NCBI GenBank assembly: GCA_027491915.1 | Contig: JAOZGC010000004.1 | Coordinates: forward strand, 32,001 to 96,000 | Length of the DNA stretch: 64,000 nt | DNA from: Thermoproteota archaeon | Lineage (GTDB): Archaea > Korarchaeota > Korarchaeia > Korarchaeales > Korarchaeaceae | Direction of reading: 5' to 3' | Shown here: piece after piece, positions 1 through 8,384 of the stretch | Layout of the letters: every line of letters begins with the position of its first letter | Numbering within the stretch: position 1 is the stretch's first letter | Program-made: the position numbers and the translations under genes | The notes under the pieces: model-generated | Told to the model about the DNA's origin: nothing | Seen by the model: only the letters and a program-made list of their open reading frames with translations | The model's database searches: none

Positions 1-1270
1 CGAGAAGGCCCTCAGGTTCGTCGAGGAGGAGCTGGACAAGCTGGCCGTCCCCGTCGATCCGAACGACGAGGACATGCTGAGGAGGGTGGCCGAGACCTCC
101 ATGAGCAGCAAGCTCGTCAGGGGGGCGAGGGCCAAACTCGCCGAGGTGGCCGTCAAGGCGGTCAAGTCGGTGGCCGAGAGGCAGGGAGACCGGACGGTCG
201 TCGACATAGACAACGTCAAGATAGTTAAGAAGAAGGGAGAGGGCCTGGCGGAGACCGAATTCATCCGGGGGGTGGTCCTCGATAAGGAGGTGGTCCACCG
301 CGACATGCCGAAGACCGTCAGGGATGCAAAGATAGCCCTCCTGAACCTGTCCCTGGAGGTCAAGAAGCCGGAGATAGACGTGGAGGTTCAGATATCTACC
401 CCCCAGGAGCTCAGGGCCTTCATAGACCAGGAGACCAAGATGCTACAGGAGAAGGTTGAGAAGATTGCCTCCACCGGCGCGAACGTCGTCTTCTGCCAGA
501 AGGGGATAGACGAGGTGGCCCAGCACTTCCTGGCCAAGAAGGGCATACTGGCCGTCAGGAGGGTCAGCGAGAAGGACATGAGGAGGCTCGAGAGAGCCAC
601 CGGCGGCCGCATCATAAACAACTTGGACGACCTCTCGCCGGAGCACCTCGGGAGCGCCGGCCTGGTGGAGGAGAGGAAGATAGGAGAGGACAGGATGGTC
701 TTCGTCCAGGAATGCAAGGATCCCAAGGCCGTCTCCATACTGATAAGGGGAGGGGCCGACACGATCCTGGATGAGGCGGAGAGGGGGATCAAGGACGCGC
801 TCTACGTGGTCAGGAACGTGGTGGAGGATCAGAAGGTGGTCTACGGCGGGGGAGCAATTCAGCTCGAGCTGGCTAGGAGGCTGAGGGACCACGCCGAGAG
901 GTTCGGAGGCAAGGAGCAGCTCGCAATAGAGGCCTTCGCCAATGCCCTCGAGTCCATCCCCAGGACGCTGGCCGAGAACGCCGGGATGGATTCCGTCGAC
1001 GTGCTGGTCCAGCTCAGGAAGAAGCACGCCGAGGGGGCCACGGACTACGGGGTCGACCCGGTCGAGGGGAGGATAGCCTCCATGAAGGAGCTGGAGGTGA
1101 TCGACACCTTCAGGGGAGTGAAGAACTCGGTGTCCTCGGCCACCGAGACGGCGATCCTCATAATAAAGACCGACGACATAATAGCCGCCAAGCCGTACGA
1201 GAAGAAGGAGAAAAAGAAGGAGGAAGAAGAAGAGGAGGAGGGCAAGGAGGGCAGCAAGTTCGAGTTCTAA
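1..1270 (+). CDS. ths: Thermosome (group II chaperonin) subunit, 5'-truncated by window edge
   Basis: GVVLDKEVVH, VVFCQKGID, ILIRGG, VVYGGGA, IPRTLAENAG motifs; charged C-terminal tail; frame is open from the window start. Confidence 0.96.
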   Translation, partial: EKALRFVEEELDKLAVPVDPNDEDMLRRVAETSMSSKLVRGARAKLAEVAVKAVKSVAERQGDRTVVDIDNVKIVKKKGEGLAETEFIRGVVLDKEVVHRDMPKTVRDAKIALLNLSLEVKKPEIDVEVQISTPQELRAFIDQETKMLQEKVEKIASTGANVVFCQKGIDEVAQHFLAKKGILAVRRVSEKDMRRLERATGGRIINNLDDLSPEHLGSAGLVEERKIGEDRMVFVQECKDPKAVSILIRGGADTILDEAERGIKDALYVVRNVVEDQKVVYGGGAIQLELARRLRDHAERFGGKEQLAIEAFANALESIPRTLAENAGMDSVDVLVQLRKKHAEGATDYGVDPVEGRIASMKELEVIDTFRGVKNSVSSATETAILIIKTDDIIAAKPYEKKEKKKEEEEEEEGKEGSKFEF

Positions 1271-1405
1271 GGGATCCGCCGTCGGTTCCCCCCTTTCCCA
1301 TCACCCCTACTTTTCCACTTTTCCCCCATCTCCTTACCTTACTCCCGGCCTCTCGTTCCGTGATCTCGCCGTTTCGTCTCCTCACCAACCTCCTCTCCCG
1401 AACGC

Positions 1406-2785
1406 TCACTCCCCCCTTCTCTTTCTCTTCGTTGCCAGGATGCCTATCAGGGCCAGAGGATACATGGCGTACAGGTAGGGGTGAACGGGCCCCGATTCTA
1501 TCCAGACCATCATGGCGCTGGTCAGTATCCCGTTGAACGCGGCGAATATCCCCCTTCTATTCCTGGGCGTCGAGGAGGCGAGCCGGAACACCGCGCCCCC
1601 AATCAGCCCTATGGCCAGGGGTACCAGGACCACCCCTGCCGCGCCGAAGTCTATCCAGATCGGTCCTACCAGGGAGGTGGTGTAGGCCACTGGCCTGCCG
1701 ACGGCGGCCTCTCCCGTCAGCGGTCCGATCAGGGGCCTGGGGATCCCCATCATGGTGAGTATCGGATTGAGGAAGAGGAGCACCCCCCAGCTCCTCCCCG
1801 CGGGGCCGTAATCCTTCAGGACGAGCGTCAGGCAGTGGAGGGTGAACCCGGCCCGACTGACGGAGACGTACCAGGGGTCGCCAGCCAGCCCCATCTTCGC
1901 CATGAGTATCATCTTCTGCCCGACGAACAGCGCGGCCATGGGGAGGGCCAGCAGGACCACCACCGTCCTGGCCCTTATGGAACCCATCATCCACATCGTC
2001 AGCACCAAGGTGCCGAGGGCGACGAACACGTCCAACCTGAATCCGGATGGGAACGTGAGCGCCACCGTGCCGACGGCGAGAGCTGCCTGGAGGGCGATCT
2101 CCCCCCCTCTGTCCAGGGTCCCCTCCTCCCTGAGGGCGGCCGCGGCGGCCGAGATCGCTCCGACGCCGAGCACAAACGCCGAGTAGCTGAGGGACCATAT
2201 CTCGTCGTGTCTCCTCAGCTCCGGATACAGGAGGGGTATGCTTCCCCTGGAGAAGTAGCTGTAGGCCAGCCCGACGATCCCCATCGAGACCAGAGGGAGG
2301 GCGAAGTGGGTCAACCTCTTGGGCCCTGGCGGCCTTATCTCCCCCATCCTGCCGGCGACCCGCTCCCCGAGCAGGAGGCCCGCCACGTAGCTGGATATGC
2401 CGATGGTCCAAAGAAATAACCCCAGAACTTCCGTTTCCGGATAGAGCACGGGAAGTGGGCTTATCAGCGCGAGGACGACGTAAACCGCGAACAGGAGGGG
2501 GATCAACACGTGGGGCGACAGGAATCCCCTCCTCTCGACCGCCCACCTGAGCGGCCTCAGGATAAGGCTCTCCCTGAAGGCGGTCGCAGCGGGAGAGGTG
2601 ACGCGGGCGATCCTCTCCTCTACCTCCTCCAGGACGGAGGCCGCCCGCCCGCCCGGTGAGGCGACCCCCCCCAGCGCGCCGGCCGCCCCGAACAGGACGC
2701 CGGCCAGCCTCTCGCCCAGATACAATTCCACGTCTAGGATCGACCAGAGAACCCTGAGGAGCAAGCTGTCGTCCGCAAGGCCCAA
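1406..2785 (-). CDS. Polytopic membrane protein, oligosaccharide-repeat-unit polymerase (Wzy/O-antigen polymerase-like) family
   Basis: About 10-11 hydrophobic segments; IPLLYPELR, SGFR and YTTSLVGPIWIDFG motifs typical of archaeal Wzy-like proteins. Confidence 0.65.
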   Translation of the reverse strand: MGLADDSLLLRVLWSILDVELYLGERLAGVLFGAAGALGGVASPGGRAASVLEEVEERIARVTSPAATAFRESLILRPLRWAVERRGFLSPHVLIPLLFAVYVVLALISPLPVLYPETEVLGLFLWTIGISSYVAGLLLGERVAGRMGEIRPPGPKRLTHFALPLVSMGIVGLAYSYFSRGSIPLLYPELRRHDEIWSLSYSAFVLGVGAISAAAAALREEGTLDRGGEIALQAALAVGTVALTFPSGFRLDVFVALGTLVLTMWMMGSIRARTVVVLLALPMAALFVGQKMILMAKMGLAGDPWYVSVSRAGFTLHCLTLVLKDYGPAGRSWGVLLFLNPILTMMGIPRPLIGPLTGEAAVGRPVAYTTSLVGPIWIDFGAAGVVLVPLAIGLIGGAVFRLASSTPRNRRGIFAAFNGILTSAMMVWIESGPVHPYLYAMYPLALIGILATKRKRRGE

Positions 2786-2792
2786 TCGAGAC

Positions 2793-3644
2793 TCACCCCT
2801 CCTCCCCGAACGTCGTGGACACCCTCACGTACCTGACCCCCGGCATGGACCTGATGTCCCTCAGGATCTCCGCCTTGACGCCCATGGAGACCTCTCCCTC
2901 CATGACCACCTTGAAGTTCAGGTCGTACGCCAGGACCTGTCCCCTCCCCAGGAAGGATTCCAAGATGTGCGTCGCTCTGCCCACATCACCCAGCGGGACG
3001 TCCTGGAAGGACAGATAGAGAGGGTAGTCTACCGAGCCTGCGAACCGGATTAGACCCCCAGAAAAGCGGTTCAACACGGTCTCCAACCAGTACACCGGAA
3101 TCCGCCCCTCCCTTATTCCCTCCAGCATCGCCTCGTCGATCAGCTTGAAATTCACGTAGATCCGAGCCCTCGCACCCGCATCCCGGATGAACCCCAAGAT
3201 TCTCTCCCCAAGGGACTCGATCTCGGAGAGGTTTTCCAACCTCCTGGGGCCGACGTAGACCACCATCTTGTTCGCCGCCCTGGTCGCCCTGACCCTCACG
3301 TACAGGGGATCAAGCTCCAGCGGCACCGGTTCCTTCAGCTTCTGATCGTCGGAGTAGACCACCAGGCTCTCTCCGTCCCCCCCGAAGAGGACCGAGTACC
3401 GGTATGAGCGCACCACCATTCCCGTCACGTTGATCACGCTGCCGTTGCTCTCCATACCGTAGGCGCTGCCCTCGAGCGAGAATCCCCTGTCTCTGTAAAA
3501 CCTGGCCACGTAGGCCAGCGAAGTACCGGTTCCTATGTCGCCCTCGTAGAACGACTCGTAATCCGCCCTCATGACGGCGGACGCAGCCAAGAAGACTATA
3601 ATCGCCAGATCCAGCGAGACAGCGATCAGCCTGCCGAGCCTCAA
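2793..3644 (-). CDS. Single-pass membrane-anchored hypothetical protein (paralog of 3658-4470)
   Basis: TTG start 5 nt after GGAGGTGA; N-terminal TM segment followed by a soluble region; shares LD-A, RGF, N-x-T/S-G and SDD motifs with the neighbouring ORF. Confidence 0.7.
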   Translation of the reverse strand: MRLGRLIAVSLDLAIIVFLAASAVMRADYESFYEGDIGTGTSLAYVARFYRDRGFSLEGSAYGMESNGSVINVTGMVVRSYRYSVLFGGDGESLVVYSDDQKLKEPVPLELDPLYVRVRATRAANKMVVYVGPRRLENLSEIESLGERILGFIRDAGARARIYVNFKLIDEAMLEGIREGRIPVYWLETVLNRFSGGLIRFAGSVDYPLYLSFQDVPLGDVGRATHILESFLGRGQVLAYDLNFKVVMEGEVSMGVKAEILRDIRSMPGVRYVRVSTTFGEEG

Positions 3645-3657
3645 GGAGATCACCTCC

Positions 3658-4470
3658 TCAGCAGGATCGCCTCACCTCGATCAGCCTCATACCGTGCTCC
3701 AAGGCTAGCCTCTCGACGGCGTCCAAGTCCGCGTCGTGCCTGATCAGGACGAGCACCAGGCTGACGGAGAACCGGTGGTCGATCAGTCCGTACTCCCCCG
3801 ACACGATCTCCCGGACGGCGTCCTCAGCGCCGACCACGCTCCGAATTGGGCTGAACGTGTAGCTGACAACGGCCTCTCTCCCCGCCGTCCTCACCAGGAA
3901 GGCGCCCCTCCACCCGGCCAGCACGTCCGTCACGAGGCTCCCGGGTATGGCGCCCCTATCGGCGAGGAATCCGGAGTCGGCCAACACGAAGCACTCCAGG
4001 GCCCCCACCTCACGCAGGGCCGAGCACATCCTCGCGATCTCCCGAGCCTCAACCTCGCCCGTCGGGCTCTCCGGCCCCAGGGCCGCCAGATCGTAACCGT
4101 CCTCTCTCTTTGGATATATTTTGGTCCTTACTGGTATTCCATCTACAAATCTATAGGTAAAATCGTCGGATAGAATCACTGTATCATTTCGTATTGGGTC
4201 ATATAATATAAAATATTTGGAGGTCGCATATATCAACTTGCCCGAGAAGTTCCCGTACCCCCCCTCCCTCATGGCCGCCGTGACGGCGAGCCAGGCGTCG
4301 AAACCCCTCCTGGTGGTCCCAACGTAGGTGGCGTAGACCCCCCCGGCTTCGGCCCCCCTTATGTCGAAGTACCCGTCAGTTCCCCTCGGCGGGAAGCCGA
4401 GGACCAGGACGACCAGGGTCCCGGCCAGGGCCGCGTCTAGCGTCAGACCCGCCGTCCGGATCCGGACCAA
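3658..4470 (-). CDS. Single-pass membrane-anchored hypothetical protein (paralog of 2793-3644)
   Basis: TTG start 4 nt after GGTGA and downstream of TATA-like TTTTATTT (4502-4509); N-terminal TM; stop sits just upstream of the next gene. Confidence 0.7.
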   Translation of the reverse strand: MVRIRTAGLTLDAALAGTLVVLVLGFPPRGTDGYFDIRGAEAGGVYATYVGTTRRGFDAWLAVTAAMREGGYGNFSGKLIYATSKYFILYDPIRNDTVILSDDFTYRFVDGIPVRTKIYPKREDGYDLAALGPESPTGEVEAREIARMCSALREVGALECFVLADSGFLADRGAIPGSLVTDVLAGWRGAFLVRTAGREAVVSYTFSPIRSVVGAEDAVREIVSGEYGLIDHRFSVSLVLVLIRHDADLDAVERLALEHGMRLIEVRRSC

Positions 4471-4539
4471 AGGCTCACCGGACACCGGCATTTCGCGGCG
4501 CAAATAAAAGTTGCAACTGGCCCGGGGGGAAGGTCCGGC

Positions 4540-5691
4540 ATGCTCGCCCTCCAGGGGGCTGCGAGGCGGCTCAGAGGGGGGTTCCTCCACCCCGTGTCCC
4601 TGCTGGCCCTCGGGTACCTCTCCATGGCGGCCGCAGCGCACCTAGAGGGCTTCGACCCGGGACCCGAGGCGGCGGCCTTCATGTTGGTCGGCGTGGGTTC
4701 TGCGGCCGCGGGATCGTGGTCGGCTAGGAGGTTCCCCTGGCTGGTCCCGCCGCTCGCCTCCCTATCATCGGCCGCGTACCTGCTCTCCCTCTTCTGGGGG
4801 ATCCTGGGTCCCGCCGCCGCGCTCCCGGCCGTCTCGATGGTGGCCGCGTTGTGGCTGATGCGGACGGCCCGCCCACCCGGGATTCGACTCGCGAGGCTGG
4901 TGTACCTGCTCGGGATCTCGCTGACGCTGGTAAATCCAATCCTCAACTTGACCTTCCTCGGCGGGCCACCAAGGTCGATCGAGCCGCCGCTCGAGGCGGC
5001 CGCCGGCCCGCTGCTCACCGCCCTCTCCTTCCCCTGGGTGCTGGCGGAGGTTCAAGCCAAGGATGGGAGGCGGGCCGGACTGATCCTCACAGCCCTGACC
5101 GCCGCGACCGCGTTGAGCACCGGTTTCAGGGCCGACGCCGTGGTTATCCTGCTAGAGGCGGCCCTGATCTGCGCCTCCAGAAACCGCCGCGGCGAGGCCG
5201 CGATGACGCTGGCGGCAGCCCTCCTCCTGTTCGTCGTGGTTGGGGTCCTCAGGGCCTCCTCCCATCCCGCGGCCGTCATGGCTTGGGATCCGGTCAGGAG
5301 GGCGGCCACCTCGATGGGATACTTCTACGAGCTGTCTTCTCTGTCCTGGCCCCTCGGGATATTTGAGGATCCACTGTTCCTCCTGAGGCAGTTTCGGCAC
5401 CCCTCCCAAGTGATAGGGAGGGGGATCCTCGGCAGGGGAACTGGCATAACGCCCACCGCCTTTGGGACCGACGTCGTGTCCTTCGGCCTGCCAGAGCTCA
5501 TCGTCGTCTGGTTCCTCTTGGGCTCCGCCCTGGAGGCGTTGGACGAGCGGCGGATCTCCGGGGATCCAAGGCCCCACTCGCTCGCCGCCTCCCTCATAAT
5601 AGTCTCTCTGGACGTCGGCCTGACGCAGGCGGTCCTGTTCGTCGTCCTGGCGGCCGCGGCCGCGGTCCGGGTCGGGGAAAGATCTTTATAG
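4540..5691 (+). CDS. Second Wzy/oligosaccharide-repeat-unit polymerase-like polytopic membrane protein
   Basis: Highly hydrophobic; TGFR and ITPTAFG..SFG motifs parallel those of 1406-2785; divergently transcribed. Confidence 0.6.
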   Translation: MLALQGAARRLRGGFLHPVSLLALGYLSMAAAAHLEGFDPGPEAAAFMLVGVGSAAAGSWSARRFPWLVPPLASLSSAAYLLSLFWGILGPAAALPAVSMVAALWLMRTARPPGIRLARLVYLLGISLTLVNPILNLTFLGGPPRSIEPPLEAAAGPLLTALSFPWVLAEVQAKDGRRAGLILTALTAATALSTGFRADAVVILLEAALICASRNRRGEAAMTLAAALLLFVVVGVLRASSHPAAVMAWDPVRRAATSMGYFYELSSLSWPLGIFEDPLFLLRQFRHPSQVIGRGILGRGTGITPTAFGTDVVSFGLPELIVVWFLLGSALEALDERRISGDPRPHSLAASLIIVSLDVGLTQAVLFVVLAAAAAVRVGERSL

Positions 5692-5723
5692 GGGGATCGC
5701 CAACCCCGACCCCGGGTGAGCGG

Positions 5724-6128
5724 CTGCCAAAGTACTATCACGGACCCATCGCCATCAGGGGGAGGACCCCGACCGGAAGGAGGCTCAAGCTGGCCAGGGG
5801 AAAGAGGAAGAGGGAATCAGGCCGCGACCCGGCGAACACCAGGATAGGAGACAGGCTGGTCTCCCGCATAAGGGTCATGGGAGGGGGAACAAAGCTCAGG
5901 CTCCTCTCGGACGACCTGGTTAACGTCGCCATACCCAGCACCGGCGAGACCAGGAGGGCCAGGATACTTGACCTGGTGGACAATCCGGCCAACAGGTACA
6001 TGACGAGGAGGAAGATCATAACCAAGGGGACCCTCTTGAAGACCGAGCTGGGCCTGGCCAGGGTTTCGTCCCGCCCCGGACAGGACGGGGTGTTGAACGC
6101 CGTCCTAGTGGAAGAGAGCTCTTCTTGA
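5724..6128 (+). CDS. rps8e: 30S ribosomal protein eS8 (probable CTG start)
   Basis: Frame upstream of the ATG at 5877 encodes the conserved N-terminus (GRTPTGRR..RKRESGRDPANT); C-terminus has RKIITKG and SRPGQDGVLNAVL; GGTGA 4 nt before CTG. Confidence 0.93.
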   Translation: MPKYYHGPIAIRGRTPTGRRLKLARGKRKRESGRDPANTRIGDRLVSRIRVMGGGTKLRLLSDDLVNVAIPSTGETRRARILDLVDNPANRYMTRRKIITKGTLLKTELGLARVSSRPGQDGVLNAVLVEESSS

Positions 6129-6424
6129 CGGCGATTCCCTTGAAGCCGATGGGAATAGTGCTGAAAGTCACTAGATCCCGAAACTTTCTGGTTAGATCAA
6201 CCGGTCCAATTCGGGGAGACCCGAAGGACCTGCTCGTCGTGGACCGAGATCTCAGGGTGGTTGGAGTCGTCAGAGACGTCATAGGCCCCGTCTCGAGGCC
6301 CTACATACTGGTCAAGGTACTCCTGCCTCTGGAAGAGGCCGGATCCCTGGTGGGGGAGAAACTGTATCTCCCGTCCAGGAGGGAGATCTCCGAGATCCGG
6401 GCTCGAGGGTCTCCCAAGATTTAA
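6125..6424 (+). CDS. gar1: H/ACA RNP subunit Gar1/Naf1
   Basis: VGVVRDVIGPVSRPYILVK motif, about 100 aa. Confidence 0.85.
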   Translation: MTAIPLKPMGIVLKVTRSRNFLVRSTGPIRGDPKDLLVVDRDLRVVGVVRDVIGPVSRPYILVKVLLPLEEAGSLVGEKLYLPSRREISEIRARGSPKI

Positions 6425-6463
6425 AGCATCTCGGTATCATTTTTTGATGAGGAGTCCCGGGAT

Positions 6464-6649
6464 ATGGTCGGCGACGGCCTTAGACCTCGCGCCGAACCGG
6501 CGGAGCGGGGGGAAGGGGAGGACCTCCGGTGGGCCATCTCTACCCTCCTGAGAATACCGTGTTACACCTGCCCAGAACTGGAAAAATGCGTCCCGGATAA
6601 GGCGGCCACCTGCGGGAAGCTGTCCGCCGTCATAGACGGGGACCCCTGA
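6464..6649 (+). CDS. Small Cys-rich protein resembling the Fe-S domain of TFE-beta/RPC34
   Basis: IPCYTCPELEKC-x7-CGKL (C-x2-C-x5-C-x7-C); GAGGAG SD and TTTAAAG TATA upstream. Confidence 0.55.
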   Translation: MVGDGLRPRAEPAERGEGEDLRWAISTLLRIPCYTCPELEKCVPDKAATCGKLSAVIDGDP

Positions 6650-7814
6650 CAGCCCTGATCACCTCCTCAATCGGGGCATCCGTTTTCACACACTTCGGGC
6701 AGAAATGGGTTCTGGCGGCCTTATATCCGGAAGCCCTCAACTCCTCGACCACCCTGCCCGGGGAGGGGGAAGAGACCTTCAACCTCCCGCCGAGGAAATC
6801 TAGATCGTGGTAGAGGGGAGGGAGGTTCGCCTCTTCCCTCAGGCGGCTGACCAGCCAGCCAGCCTCCCCGCCGGATCCCCCGGGTAGCCTGTCGGCCACC
6901 CGACCAACGAAATCTTCGTCGACGGTGGGTCCTATCCACAGGGGGCCGCAGAGCGACATCTTCTCGCCGCAGAGCTGGCACCTCCCTATCTCCGGGGGGC
7001 CCACCCCTCCCCCCACGATCTTCCAGCTCCCACACTTTCGGCAGTACTCCACCCACCCCAGGGACTCCTCCAACATGTCGCTTGCCCTGCTGGCTCCGAG
7101 TCCCACCTCCAGGTAGGCCCTCACATAGTGGCCCGAGGCGTATGACAGGAGGGGGCGGAGCCACCTGCCCCCCCCGGCGGCCACCCTGGCCGCGGCCCCC
7201 AGGAGGGACCTGACCCCCAACTCCCTGAAGAAAGGGGGCTTACCGCGGCAGAACACCCCGTAAACCCGGGCCAGTTTCTTGGGATAGACGGCGAACAGAT
7301 TGGGGGTGTCCGTCGCCGTCAGCCCGACGACCCCCCTCGACCTCACCGAGCACAGGGCGGAGTCCACGTAGGGCATTGGGGTGCCATACGGGTCCACGTC
7401 CACGAAGTCGAGCCTCCGCCTGGCCGCGGCCAGGCCGTACATGAGGACCCTCGCGTCCCCCAGGGAGATGCGAACTCTTCCCTCCAAGCCGTTCAGCCTG
7501 ACGTTCCTCTGCATGACGTAGACTGCCAGGGGATTGGAGTCGTTGGCCAGGACCTCGTCCACGTCCGTCTCGGCGGCGAACCTCAGCGCCCTCACTCCCG
7601 AGGCCGCCATGACGTCCGCGACTCTCCCCCATCCCCTCTCCGAGACCCCCCACCTCACCGCGGCGACCGCTATGTCCCTGTTCTCCCTCATTGCAGGGTT
7701 GTAGAAGGCTGCCGACCTGCTCAGGGGGCCCTTGGACGACCCCTCCACCTCCCGGGCGTAGAAGCTCACCGCCCCCTCCTCGTACATCTTAAGGGATATG
7801 GAGAGCGCGCCCAT
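6630..7814 (-). CDS. trm1: tRNA (guanine26-N2)-dimethyltransferase Trm1
   Basis: FYNPAMRENRDI, ASGVRALR, DVDPYGTP, GPLWIGP, RTHF..KTDAP motifs and a Zn ribbon. Confidence 0.95.
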   Translation of the reverse strand: MGALSISLKMYEEGAVSFYAREVEGSSKGPLSRSAAFYNPAMRENRDIAVAAVRWGVSERGWGRVADVMAASGVRALRFAAETDVDEVLANDSNPLAVYVMQRNVRLNGLEGRVRISLGDARVLMYGLAAARRRLDFVDVDPYGTPMPYVDSALCSVRSRGVVGLTATDTPNLFAVYPKKLARVYGVFCRGKPPFFRELGVRSLLGAAARVAAGGGRWLRPLLSYASGHYVRAYLEVGLGASRASDMLEESLGWVEYCRKCGSWKIVGGGVGPPEIGRCQLCGEKMSLCGPLWIGPTVDEDFVGRVADRLPGGSGGEAGWLVSRLREEANLPPLYHDLDFLGGRLKVSSPSPGRVVEELRASGYKAARTHFCPKCVKTDAPIEEVIRAVRGPRL

Positions 7815-7823
7815 GCCTCGGGG

Positions 7824-8384
7824 ATGAGATCTCGGGTGCCCGTTAAAAACTTCCTAATAAGGGGAAGGCCCGGATCGGGGAAATCGACGGCCATCTCGAT
7901 CATCGAGCTGGCTCTGCGGGAGCGAGGATACGAACCCTGCGGGATAAGGACCCCCGAGGTGAGGAGGGGGGGAAGGAGGATCGGGTTCCTCGTGGTCGAC
8001 CTGTCCACCGGCAGGAGTGAGGTGATGGCCTCCGTAGGGGTCGGCGGCCCCAGGGTCGGCAGGTACTCAGTCCGCCTCCGGGAGTTCGAGTCCGTCGCGA
8101 TCGAGGCCCTCGATGCGTGCTCCTCCCGAGACGTAGCCCTCATAGACGAGGTTGGAAAGATGGAACTCCTGAGCCCGCGTTTCACGTACTCGGTCTCCCG
8201 GCTGATCGACTCAAGAATCCCTGTGGTGGCGACCGCTCCCTCATACGACCTTCCTTTCCTCGAGGAGCTGGTCTCCAGGCCGGACGTCGCCGTCTTTGTG
8301 GTCCGACGGGGCGATTCCGAGAGGGTGGCCCGGTCCGTGCTCCTCAAGCTGCTCGATCTGCTCAAGACCTCTTCGCGGCGATGA
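7824..8384 (+). CDS. P-loop nucleoside-triphosphatase (THEP1/NTPase_1 family)
   Basis: GRPGSGKST Walker A; RIGF, PRVGRY and IDEVGKMEL motifs. Confidence 0.9.
   Translation: MRSRVPVKNFLIRGRPGSGKSTAISIIELALRERGYEPCGIRTPEVRRGGRRIGFLVVDLSTGRSEVMASVGVGGPRVGRYSVRLREFESVAIEALDACSSRDVALIDEVGKMELLSPRFTYSVSRLIDSRIPVVATAPSYDLPFLEELVSRPDVAVFVVRRGDSERVARSVLLKLLDLLKTSSRR

Noticed and set aside
4109-4136. TTTGGATATAT resembles one arm of a Thermococcales dif site
   Set aside because: No inverted second arm at 6-bp spacing
6445-6495. Possible C/D box sRNA (TGATGA at 6445, CCGA at 6492) downstream of a TATA box
   Set aside because: No convincing D'/C' boxes or CTGA; the sequence is explained more simply as the SD (GAGGAG) and start of the Cys-rich ORF
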